Below are positions 38,781 to 47,239 of a stretch of DNA of 64,000 bases, piece after piece. The first letter of the stretch is position 1. Every line of letters begins with the position of its first letter. The notes under the pieces are model-generated. The model was not told the DNA's origin. It saw only the letters and a program-made list of their open reading frames with translations, and did not search any database. Source of the stretch: an uncultured Hyphomonadaceae bacterium (lineage in GTDB: Bacteria; Pseudomonadota; Alphaproteobacteria; Caulobacterales; Hyphomonadaceae); NCBI GenBank assembly GCA_964492485.1, contig CAZBKM010000006.1, forward strand, positions 18,932 to 82,931, in the 5' to 3' direction. The position numbers were made by a program, and so were the translations under genes.

Positions 38781-40079
38781 CTAGGCTGCGGCCCGCTCTC
38801 TCTGCTCGGCCTCCACCGTGGCCACGGCCGCCGCCAGGATGTCCAGACCCCGGCTCAGCGCCTCGTCCGAAATCGTAAGCGGGCAGAGGATCTTCACCAC
38901 CTCATCGTCGGACCCGCTGGTCTCGATGACCAGTCCGTCCTCGAAGCATTTGGCGCAGACATCGCCGGCGATCTCGCCCGACGGCATCTCGATGCCGCGC
39001 ATCATGCCCCGCCCCTTCACGCGCCGGGCGATCCGGGCGCTGGCCACGATCTCGGACAGACGCTTCTTCAGGTAATCGGCCTTGCGCTCGACCTCGGATT
39101 CGAGCCTGTCGTCGCTCCAGAACAGTTCCAGCGCACGCGTGGCGGTGACGAAGGCATGGTTGTTGCCCCGGAAGGTGCCATTATGCTCGCCAGGCTTCCA
39201 GAGGTCGAATTCCGGGCGGATCAGTGTCAGCGACAAGGGCAGGCCGAGGCCCGAGATCGACTTGGCCAGCGTGACGATGTCGGGTTTCACGCCCGCCCGC
39301 TCGAAGCTGAAGAAGCCGCCGGTGCGACCGCACCCCGCCTGGATGTCGTCGATGATGAACACCGCGCCATGCTTGCGCGCGATCCGTTCGATCTTGCGCA
39401 GCCAGGCATCGCTCGCGGCATTCAGACCGCCCTCGCCCTGCACCGTTTCCACGATGATCGCCGCAGGGGCGTCAACGCCGGACGACGTGTCGGACAGGCG
39501 GCGGTCGAGCTGGTCGGCGGTGTCCACATCGGGGCCGAAATAGCCGTCGAACGGCTCATGGCTCGTACCGCACAGCGGCATGCCCGCCCCGGCGCGCTTG
39601 CCGGAATTGCCCGTGCACGACAGCGCGCCCATCGTCATGCCATGAAAGCCGTTGGTGAAGGCGATGACATTGTGCCGGCCGGTCGCCTTGCGCGCTGCCT
39701 TGAGAGCGGCTTCGACCGCGTTTGCCCCGGTCGGCCCGGGAAACATCAGACGATAGTCGAGGCCGCGCGGCTTCAGGATGAGACGCTCGAACGTCTCCAG
39801 GAAAATCGCCTTGGCATCGGTGTGCATGTCAAGGCCATGGGTCACGCCGTCCGACTGGATATAGTCGATGAGCGCGGCCTGAAGCTCGGGATGGTTGTGG
39901 CCATAATTCAGGGTCGAACAGCCGGCCAGGAAGTCGATGTACGCCCGGCCATCCTCGCCGGTGAGATACTCGCCCTTGGCCTTGTTGAAGCTCGTCGGGA
40001 AGGCGCGGCAATAGCTGCGCACCACCGATTCGCGACGCTCATAGATTCGCTTGCTGTGGGTGTCCGTGTGGTCAGACAT
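38781..40079 (-). CDS. ectB: Diaminobutyrate--2-oxoglutarate transaminase
   Basis: Start at MSDHTDTHSKRIYERRESVVRSYCRAFP. Class-III aminotransferase with DDIQAGCGRTG. Confidence 0.95.
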   Translation of the reverse strand: MSDHTDTHSKRIYERRESVVRSYCRAFPTSFNKAKGEYLTGEDGRAYIDFLAGCSTLNYGHNHPELQAALIDYIQSDGVTHGLDMHTDAKAIFLETFERLILKPRGLDYRLMFPGPTGANAVEAALKAARKATGRHNVIAFTNGFHGMTMGALSCTGNSGKRAGAGMPLCGTSHEPFDGYFGPDVDTADQLDRRLSDTSSGVDAPAAIIVETVQGEGGLNAASDAWLRKIERIARKHGAVFIIDDIQAGCGRTGGFFSFERAGVKPDIVTLAKSISGLGLPLSLTLIRPEFDLWKPGEHNGTFRGNNHAFVTATRALELFWSDDRLESEVERKADYLKKRLSEIVASARIARRVKGRGMMRGIEMPSGEIAGDVCAKCFEDGLVIETSGSDDEVVKILCPLTISDEALSRGLDILAAAVATVEAEQRERAAA

Positions 40080-40148
40080 GGGGGTCTCCTCGTGGGATGA
40101 AACGGATTGGGGGGCACCGGGCGGCACCATGCCGCTGCGGCGAGCGCC

Positions 40149-40790
40149 TCAGATGGGGGCGCCGGGCGGTTCGAAGGGGCCTATGGTGACCAGGATCTCG
40201 CTGTCATGGCGGCCCATGAAATGCCGATCGCGGTCGAAGAAGACCTCGTCCCTGAGGTCTGCCTTCAGCCACCGCGCGAGGCTGCGGAAAAGGCCCCAGG
40301 AGGCCTCATTGTCCGGCGTGATCGTGGTCTTGATGTAACGCACCTGCCGGCAGGCCGGCCGCGCGAGCAGGTCGGCGACAAGCCGCTTGGGCAGCTTGCG
40401 ACCGCGCGCCGCCTCGCCCACCGCAACCTGCCACAGGAAGTAGACGTCCGGCTCCTGCGGCGGGATGTAGCCGGACACCCAGGCCACCGCCTCGCCATCC
40501 AGCCTGGCGATGGCGCAGGTCTCCGCGAAATGGGTGCACTGCAGCAGGTTGGCGTAGAGGGAATTGCCATCCAGGGGCGGGCAAGCCGCGATCAGATCAT
40601 GCACCGGAGCCCCGTCCGTCGACCGGGGCGCGCCGATACTGAGCGGGTCCTCCCCGGCGTCCCGGCCGGTCGCCTGAGCCGGTGTCCGGCCTGAGGTGTG
40701 GCCCGACGTCCGGCCCGACTTCCGGCCAGCCTCCGACCGCGCGTCTGGATCACGCGACGGGCCGGACTGATGTTCATTCTGGACGCTCAC
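40149..40790 (-). CDS. ectA: L-2,4-diaminobutyrate acetyltransferase
   Basis: ACPPLDGNSLYANLL, YFLWQVAVGEAARG and TTITPDNEASWGLF. GTG start with AAGGAAG 4 nt upstream. Confidence 0.9.
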   Translation of the reverse strand: MSVQNEHQSGPSRDPDARSEAGRKSGRTSGHTSGRTPAQATGRDAGEDPLSIGAPRSTDGAPVHDLIAACPPLDGNSLYANLLQCTHFAETCAIARLDGEAVAWVSGYIPPQEPDVYFLWQVAVGEAARGRKLPKRLVADLLARPACRQVRYIKTTITPDNEASWGLFRSLARWLKADLRDEVFFDRDRHFMGRHDSEILVTIGPFEPPGAPI

Positions 40791-40807
40791 ACTGCTTCCT
40801 TAGTTTG

Positions 40808-40845
40808 TTTAGCTAAATAAATAGGCACTTCGCTCAGCGTGTCAA
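40808..40845 (-). promoter_or_regulatory. Candidate ectA promoter with adjacent palindrome (possible EctR operator)
   Basis: On the minus strand: TTGACA (40845-40840), a 16-nt spacer, TATTTA (40823-40818), then the perfect palindrome TTTAGCTAAA (40817-40808). Confidence 0.4.
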
Positions 40846-41022
40846 CGCACAAGTTTTGCGCAATCGGCGGTCGAATCAAGGCATAGGCTATCTATCGCAC
40901 CCTTTCATCCCTTGACCTTTTTGAAGCGTTGATTTGCCCAAGAAAATTATTGTGGACCTATCCGTTTCGCGGCAAAAGGCGGTCAGTTCGCTGGTCAAAC
41001 ACTGAGCGTCAGGACAGATCCC

Positions 41023-41520
41023 ATGGACGACCGAGCCGATGTCGCGCTGATTGCCTTGCGCCAGATTCTCAAGGCGACCGAAGCCAATGTGAAAGCACTC
41101 GCCAGCAAGTCCGGGCTGACCGCGTCCCAGCTTCTTGTCCTGCAGATGCTGAAGACCCGCGGCGAGATGCTGACGGGAGAACTCGCCAAGGCCGTGGATC
41201 TGAAGCAGGCGACGATCTCGATCCTGCTGGACAAGCTGCAGGAGTATGGTCTGGTCGACCGGCGGCGGAGCGACAGTGACCGTCGGCGCGTCTGGGTCAG
41301 CATCACGCCGGAAGGACTGGACCGCCTCGCCAAGGCGCCGGACCTGCTCCAGGAAACCTTCCAGAGCCGTTTCCGTCGGCTGGCGGACTGGGAACAGGCG
41401 AGCCTGATCGCCGCCCTGTTGCGGGTCGTGTCGCTTCTCGACGCCGAACATATCGAGGCCTCGCCCCTCCTCGATGTCGGACCGATCAACGAACTGCCGA
41501 AGATGAACACGCCGGAATAG
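41023..41520 (+). CDS. ectR: MarR family transcriptional regulator, EctR-like by position
   Basis: Winged-helix LTASQLLVLQMLKTRGEMLTGELAKAVDLKQATISILLDKLQEYGLVDRRRSDSDRRRV. Divergent from ectA. Confidence 0.7.
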   Translation: MDDRADVALIALRQILKATEANVKALASKSGLTASQLLVLQMLKTRGEMLTGELAKAVDLKQATISILLDKLQEYGLVDRRRSDSDRRRVWVSITPEGLDRLAKAPDLLQETFQSRFRRLADWEQASLIAALLRVVSLLDAEHIEASPLLDVGPINELPKMNTPE

Positions 41521-41526
41521 GCGACC

Positions 41527-43011
41527 TCAACGCACCGCCTTGTCGATCGCCCGCGCCCAGCCGCCAAGCAGGCGCGTCCGGTCGGCTGCGGGCATCGCCG
41601 GATCGAATCGCCGCGTCGGCACGCCGGCCGCGCGGGCGGGGTCCGGACTGGACCAGCCAAGCTCGAAGGCCACCAGGGTGGCCGCACCGCGCGCGGTCAT
41701 CTCCATGTCGTCGGGGCGTTCCACCGGCAGACCGCAAATATCGGCCAGGAACTGCATCAGCCAGTCATTCGCCGCCATGCCGCCATCGCAGCGCAACGTG
41801 TCCACCGCTGCTCCATCCGCCGCGAAGGCATCGAGCAGGTCCCGCGTCTGGAACGCGCACGACTCCAGCCCCGCGCGCACCAGATGCGCCGCCCGCGTGC
41901 CGCGGGACAACCCCGTGATCTCCCCGCGTGCGCCGGGCGCCCAGTGCGGCGCACCCAGCCCGGTAAAGGCCGGGACGAAATACACCCCGCCATTGTCGGG
42001 CAGGTCGCCTGCCATCGCTTCGGTGTCGGCGGCCTGCGCAATCAGGCCAAGCTCGTCGCGAAGCCATTTCACCACGGTGCCGGCATTGAAGATCGAGCCT
42101 TCCAGGGCAAACGCCCCGGCGCCGCCCGACGTCTCGTAGCCCAGCGTCGCCAGCAGGCTGTGACGGGAGAACAGGCGCTTGCGTCCGGTATTGGCCACCA
42201 GGAAAGCACCCGTGCCAAAGGTGATCTTCGCCGTGCCGGGCGCCAGGCAACCCTGTCCGACCAGGGCGGCATGCTGGTCGCCAATGGCCGAAAGGATCGG
42301 CACGGCGCGTCCGAAATGCGCTGCATCGGTCTCGCCAAAGGCCGATGCGCTGGGGCGGACTTCCGGCAGCAGCGCGCGCGGCACGCCAAACAGGTCCAGC
42401 ATGTCCTGGCTCCAGGCACCATCGCCGCCCAGGCCGAGCCGGTACAGCAGGGTCCGCGAGGCATTGGTCGAATCGGTCAGGTGAACCGCTCCACCCGTAA
42501 GCTTCCAGATCAGCCAGGTATCGACGGTGCCGAAGGCCAGCTCACCGGCCTCCGCCCGCTGGCGCAGGGCCGGATCCCGGTCCAGCATCCAGGCGATCTT
42601 CGTGGCGGAAAAATAGGGGTCGATCAGCAGCCCCGTCTCCGACTGCACCCGCTGATCGTGGCCCGCCTCGCGGAGTGCGGCGCACACGCTGGCCGTCCGC
42701 CGGTCTTGCCAGACAATGGCCGGCCCCACCGGCACGCCCGTGTCCCGGTCCCAGATCAGGGTCGTCTCGCGCTGATTCGTCAGGCCAACCGCCACCAGGC
42801 CATCGGCGCCACCGACCTTGTCCAGCGCCCGGCGGCAGACCTGCAGGGTCGCCCGCCAGATCGCCTCGCCATCCTGCTCGACCCAGCCATCGCGGGGAAA
42901 GGCGAGCGGCAGGTCGGCCTGCGACATCGCCTTGCAACGCAGGTCGCGGTCATAGACCAGCGCCCGCGTCGAGGTCGTGCCTTCGTCGATGACCAGCACG
43001 TGTTCGGCCAT
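41527..43011 (-). CDS. glpK: Glycerol kinase
   Basis: Start at MAEHVLVIDEGTTSTRALVY (GGGAG 9 nt upstream). GLTNQRETT and FGTVDTWL motifs. Confidence 0.95.
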   Translation of the reverse strand: MAEHVLVIDEGTTSTRALVYDRDLRCKAMSQADLPLAFPRDGWVEQDGEAIWRATLQVCRRALDKVGGADGLVAVGLTNQRETTLIWDRDTGVPVGPAIVWQDRRTASVCAALREAGHDQRVQSETGLLIDPYFSATKIAWMLDRDPALRQRAEAGELAFGTVDTWLIWKLTGGAVHLTDSTNASRTLLYRLGLGGDGAWSQDMLDLFGVPRALLPEVRPSASAFGETDAAHFGRAVPILSAIGDQHAALVGQGCLAPGTAKITFGTGAFLVANTGRKRLFSRHSLLATLGYETSGGAGAFALEGSIFNAGTVVKWLRDELGLIAQAADTEAMAGDLPDNGGVYFVPAFTGLGAPHWAPGARGEITGLSRGTRAAHLVRAGLESCAFQTRDLLDAFAADGAAVDTLRCDGGMAANDWLMQFLADICGLPVERPDDMEMTARGAATLVAFELGWSSPDPARAAGVPTRRFDPAMPAADRTRLLGGWARAIDKAVR

Positions 43012-43066
43012 GGGCGCCATCTCCCGTTCCGTTCTGCCCCCATAGAGACGGCATGACGACCGGTGA

Positions 43067-43570
43067 TCAAGACACAAGGCGGGGCGGTTGGACGCGTCCG
43101 GGCGGGCTGGCGAGGCCGCGCGGCGCCCGGTCCCCAAACCACCAGAGCGTGGCGGCCGTGGCCGCGAAGGTGGCGGTTTCCACAATCGCCGCACGCTGGG
43201 CCATGTCGTCGGACGTGCCAAACAGGACGGCCGCGATCAGCCACAGCAGAAGGGTCAGTACCGGACGGGTCAGTCCGCGCACCGCATCGACCCAGCGGTA
43301 GCTGCTTGCAAGGGCAGCCTCTGCCGCCAGAGAGGCATCGAGCCCGCGCCAGGCGCCCTCGCGGTCGGCAAGGTCGGCGGCGGCGCGAGCCTCCGCATCG
43401 GCCATACTGGCCGTGCGGTCCAGCCGGTCCAGTTCATGGGCCCAGCGCGCCCGCTCCTGCGCCTGGGCCTGTCGGGTTTCCAGATAGGCCGCGATCCGCC
43501 CCGTCACCGTGCCCAGAAGACCGAACATGCCGCCGCCTGCCGCGCTGGCGGCCAGTCCAAGGGTTTCCAT
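43067..43570 (-). CDS. Hypothetical membrane protein, architecture reminiscent of 3-TM holins
   Basis: Gly-rich N-terminus AASAAGGGMFGLLGTVTG, an Ala/Arg/Glu/Asp-rich helix, then two hydrophobic segments PVLTLLLWLIAAVLF and ATFAATAATLWWF. Confidence 0.5.
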   Translation of the reverse strand: METLGLAASAAGGGMFGLLGTVTGRIAAYLETRQAQAQERARWAHELDRLDRTASMADAEARAAADLADREGAWRGLDASLAAEAALASSYRWVDAVRGLTRPVLTLLLWLIAAVLFGTSDDMAQRAAIVETATFAATAATLWWFGDRAPRGLASPPGRVQPPRLVS

Positions 43571-43643
43571 TGCGCGCTCCCGCCTGACCTCGTTCAGGCT
43601 GCCAGACTAGGACCGCGCATGGGGCGTGCGGACAGGACGCGCG

Positions 43644-44636
43644 CTATTCCGCCGCCACGGGCGCCGCATAGGCCCGCCCGCTGGCCAGCGCCTGAAGGGC
43701 AGCCCGGTATTCCCGGTCGAGCTGGTCCACATAATCTGCCGTGGACTGGCGCGACTGGATGGCCCCGATACCCTGGCCGCAGCCCCAGATGTCCTTCCAC
43801 GCCTTCTTTTCGGTGTTGCCGCCGGACCCGAAATTCATCTTCGAGGGATCGCTTTCCGGCAGATTGTCAGGGTCCAGCCCGGCGGCCTCGATGGAGGGGC
43901 GCAGATAGTTGCCGTGCACGCCGGTAAAGAGGTTGGTGTAGACGATGTCCTCGGCCCGGCCGTCCACGATGCCCTGCTTGTAGCCTTCATCGGCGTTGGC
44001 CTCATGGGTCGAGATGAAGGCCGACCCGATATAGGCGAGGTCTGCGCCCATGGCCTGTGCGGCGGCTACGGCACCGCCCGTGGCGATCGAGCCCGACAGC
44101 GCCAGCGGCCCGTCGAAGAAGGACCGGATCTCCTGGATCAGCGCAAAGGGCGACAGCGTGCCCGCATGGCCACCCGCCCCGGCACAGACGGCAATCAGGC
44201 CGTCGGCGCCCTTCTCGAGGGCCTTCCTGGCAAAGGGCACGTTGATGATGTCGTGCAGGACCACCCCGCCATAGGAGTGGATCGCCTCGTTGACCTCCGT
44301 GCGGGCGCCCAGGGAGGTGATGATCACCGGAACCTTGTACTTCACGCACATCTCGACATCGTGCTCGAGCCGGTTGTTGGACTTGTGCACGATCTGGTTC
44401 ACCGCGAAAGGCGCGGCCGGGCGGTCGGGGTTCTTGTCAGTGTACTCGCCGAGCTCGGTCGTGATCCGGTCGAGCCACTCGTCCAGGACATGCTCCGGAC
44501 GGGCATTGAGCGAGGGGAAGGATCCGACGATCCCCGCCTTGCATTGGGCGATCACCAGGTCGGGATTGGAAATGATGAACAGCGGCGAGCCGATGACCGG
44601 CAGGCGAAGGTTCTGGAGAACAGGCGGCAGGGCCAT
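43644..44636 (-). CDS. Nitronate monooxygenase (2-nitropropane dioxygenase-like, FMN)
   Basis: LRLPVIGSPLFIISNPDLVIAQCKAGIVGSFPSLN and GAGGHAG. Confidence 0.9.
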   Translation of the reverse strand: MALPPVLQNLRLPVIGSPLFIISNPDLVIAQCKAGIVGSFPSLNARPEHVLDEWLDRITTELGEYTDKNPDRPAAPFAVNQIVHKSNNRLEHDVEMCVKYKVPVIITSLGARTEVNEAIHSYGGVVLHDIINVPFARKALEKGADGLIAVCAGAGGHAGTLSPFALIQEIRSFFDGPLALSGSIATGGAVAAAQAMGADLAYIGSAFISTHEANADEGYKQGIVDGRAEDIVYTNLFTGVHGNYLRPSIEAAGLDPDNLPESDPSKMNFGSGGNTEKKAWKDIWGCGQGIGAIQSRQSTADYVDQLDREYRAALQALASGRAYAAPVAAE

Positions 44637-44734
44637 GGCGGACGCTCCGGGGCTGGATTGAGGCAGGCTTTTCCACGACCGAAACTACGTCGTCGCGTTC
44701 CCACAGCAAGCCATTCCCATGGGTCAGGTCAGCC

Positions 44735-44980
44735 TTACCGGGCCTGTCCACGATGCCGATCAAGCATCAGGTCCAGCCAGGCGCACTGGCGATGCAGCGT
44801 GTCCACCAGCCCGTCCGGGTCCCCTGTGTCGACGAGGCGGTCGAGCCAGAACTGCATCACGCGGGCATGGCTCTCCATCCAGGCGACCGCCTGCTGGCGG
44901 GCTCCGTCGGTGTCGAATCCGCCAGACCCGGCCAGCCGGCAGCTCCGGTCCTGGATGTCCAGAAGCGTTCGGTGTTTCAC
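44735..44980 (-). CDS. Possible small hypothetical protein (start uncertain: GTG 44980 or ATG 44878)
   Basis: ...AVAWMESHARVMQFWLDRLVDTGDPDGLVDTLHRQCAWLDLMLDRHRGQAR*. By my count GC3 is about 80%, against about 70% for the same-register plus-strand frame. No family recognised. Confidence 0.3.
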   Translation of the reverse strand: MKHRTLLDIQDRSCRLAGSGGFDTDGARQQAVAWMESHARVMQFWLDRLVDTGDPDGLVDTLHRQCAWLDLMLDRHRGQAR

Positions 44981-45076
44981 GCTTCCGGACGGCGAACCGG
45001 TCCCCACTTCGCCTGGAAGCGCTCGCTGTTTCGCGCTTCCGGACGGCGAACCGGTCCCCACTTCGCCTGGAAGCGC
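44979..45076 (+). repeat. 2 x module A hairpin repeat
   Basis: (A/G)CGCTTCCGGACGGCGAACCGGTCCCCACTTCGCCTGGAAGCGC at 44979-45022 and 45033-45076, with a 54-nt period. Confidence 0.9.
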
Positions 45077-45123
45077 TCTGTCCTCACGGTATCCCATCTC
45101 TGCCTCCGGTCGGAATCATCGGG

Positions 45124-45165
45124 GTTGCGGAATATATGCGAATGATTTGCAGTTTCATGTGCAAC
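45124..45165 (+). promoter_or_regulatory. Array of four TGC-core half-sites upstream of the methylmalonyl-CoA mutase genes
   Basis: gTTGCGGAAtataTGCGAATGatTTGCAGTTtcatgTGCAACg. The last 20 nt read TTTGCAGT-TTCA-TGTGCAAC. The array lies 113-154 nt upstream of the mutA ATG. Confidence 0.35.
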
Positions 45166-45277
45166 GCAGAACGCGTCAACCCCGTTTCGCCATCCGCAAC
45201 CCGTCCTGCCCGCCGTCGCGGCATGGCTTGACGCGTGCGGAAGGGAGCGGCCTATTGCGGCCAATGAGGAACGATCC

Positions 45278-47239
45278 ATGACCGAAGACACCTTGACGCT
45301 CAGCGGCGCGTTTCCCGCGGTCCAGGAAGCCGACTGGCTGAAGGCCGTCGAGCAGGCCCTCAAGGGCGCCGGACCCGAGCGGTTGCAACGCAGGACGCCC
45401 GAGGGCCTGACCATCCGGCCCCTATATCGGGAGCCCGACTTTCCCGCCGCCACCGACCCCCTGGGCCAGCCGGGCGTAGCGCCTTTCCTGCGCGGTCCGA
45501 CGATGCGCCGCGACCCCTATCTGCCCTGGGACATTCGCCAGATCTTCACCACCCCGTCACCCTCGGTCGCCAATGGCGAGATCCTGTCCGATCTCAAGGG
45601 CGGCGTGAGCAGTATCGAGCTGCGGGTCGACCCGACGGGGGAAGCGGGTGTCGCGGTCCACGACGCGGCCGGCCTGGACGCGGCCCTAGACGGTGTGCTC
45701 GCCCATGTCGCGCCAATCGCGCTCGACCATGTCGACGGACCCGGCCTGAAGGCGGCCGCCCTGCTGGCCGACTGGGCCGGTCGCCAGGCCGCGCCGGAGG
45801 CCGCCCGGCTTGCGTTCAACCTGGATCCCCTCGGCGCGCTCGCACGGACCGGGTTGCTGGAGGACGGGATCGACGCCGCCCACCGCCGGACCGCGGCACT
45901 GACCGAGGCGCTGGCCCTGCGATTTCCGAACGCCAGCATCCTTCGGGTGGATGCTCGCCCGGTGCACGAAGCCGGCGGCGGCGACGCGCAGGAACTGGCC
46001 GCGCTGATCGCCCATGGCGTCGATCTGCTGCGGCGTCTTGCCGATCACGGCCTCCCCCCCGCCTTTGCAGTCTCCCGTCTGGTGTTCACCCTATCGGTCG
46101 ACGCCAATTACGGTCTCGGCATCGCCAAGCTCCGGGCGGCGCGACGTTTGTGGGCACGCTGCCTGGAAGCGATGGAGATCGAGCCGCAGCCCATGGTGCT
46201 GCAGGCCGTCACGTCGGCACGCATGCTCAGCCGCTATGACGCCTGGGTGAACATGCTGCGCAATACCGGCGCCTGTTTCGCCGCAGCCGTGGGCGGCGCC
46301 GACATCGTCACGGTGCGCGCCTTCAACGAGGCACTGGGCACACCCGACGCGCTGGGCCGTCGCATCGCGCGCAACACCCAGATCATCGCCATGGAGGAGA
46401 GCCACCTGGGAAAGGTCGCCGATCCCGCAGGCGGCGCCTGGTTCACCGAAACCGTGGCGGAGGAAATGGCCCATGCCGCCTGGCGCGAGTTCCAGCGCAT
46501 CGAAGCCGAAGGCGGCTACGGCGCAAGCCTGATGCAGGATGCCTTCCAGGCCCGCATTGCGGCGACGCGCGCGGCCCGTCAGGCCGACATCGCCCGCCGC
46601 AAGATCGAGCTGACCGGAATTTCGGCCTTCCCGCTGCTCGACGGTATCGAGGCCACACCGGAGCGGCCCGCGCCTGCCCCCTCAACCGCCGATTCGGTCA
46701 CCGACGCGGTGCTCAGGCAGATCCTGCCGGCCCTGACGCCCGGCGACGGTGACGCCAGCATGGCAGCGCCGCTGTTCCCGGTGCGCCTTGCGGAACCGTT
46801 CGAACGCCTGCGCGACCATGCCGAGGCGAAGACCGCCCGGCAGGGACGCCGGCCGTCGATCTTCATCGCGACGCTGGGTCCCCTGGCGGAACACACGGCG
46901 CGCGCCGATTTCGCGCGCGGCTTCTTTGCCGCAGGCGGCATCGCTTCCGTGGAAGCCGAGGCCGCCCCCGAAAGCCATGAAGCCCTGGCACGGGCGGCCG
47001 CCGCCTCGGGCTGCCGCCTGGCGGTCCTGTGCGGCAGCGATGCCCGCTATGATGACGAAGCCGCCGACGCCGCGCGCGCGCTCAAGGCGGCGGGACTCGT
47101 CCGCCTCTACCTGGCCGGCCGCCCCGGCGACCAGGAGGCAGCCCTGCGGGCGGCCGGCATCGACACGTTCATCCATGTGGGCGTCGACGTGGTTGCCGCC
47201 CTGGAACTCGCCCATTCCGAACTGGAGATTGGCGCATGA
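45278..47239 (+). CDS. mutA: Methylmalonyl-CoA mutase small (beta) subunit
   Basis: 653 aa with mutase fold and no B12 DxHxxG motif. ATGA overlap with the large subunit gene. Confidence 0.85.
   Translation: MTEDTLTLSGAFPAVQEADWLKAVEQALKGAGPERLQRRTPEGLTIRPLYREPDFPAATDPLGQPGVAPFLRGPTMRRDPYLPWDIRQIFTTPSPSVANGEILSDLKGGVSSIELRVDPTGEAGVAVHDAAGLDAALDGVLAHVAPIALDHVDGPGLKAAALLADWAGRQAAPEAARLAFNLDPLGALARTGLLEDGIDAAHRRTAALTEALALRFPNASILRVDARPVHEAGGGDAQELAALIAHGVDLLRRLADHGLPPAFAVSRLVFTLSVDANYGLGIAKLRAARRLWARCLEAMEIEPQPMVLQAVTSARMLSRYDAWVNMLRNTGACFAAAVGGADIVTVRAFNEALGTPDALGRRIARNTQIIAMEESHLGKVADPAGGAWFTETVAEEMAHAAWREFQRIEAEGGYGASLMQDAFQARIAATRAARQADIARRKIELTGISAFPLLDGIEATPERPAPAPSTADSVTDAVLRQILPALTPGDGDASMAAPLFPVRLAEPFERLRDHAEAKTARQGRRPSIFIATLGPLAEHTARADFARGFFAAGGIASVEAEAAPESHEALARAAAASGCRLAVLCGSDARYDDEAADAARALKAAGLVRLYLAGRPGDQEAALRAAGIDTFIHVGVDVVAALELAHSELEIGA

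Noticed and set aside
44979-45076. Tandem 44-nt repeats considered as a mini CRISPR array (also 5149..5255 and 53695..53792)
   Set aside because: There are only two units per locus. The spacers are 10-19 nt, the units are strong internal hairpins, there are no cas genes, and the same unit occurs singly elsewhere.
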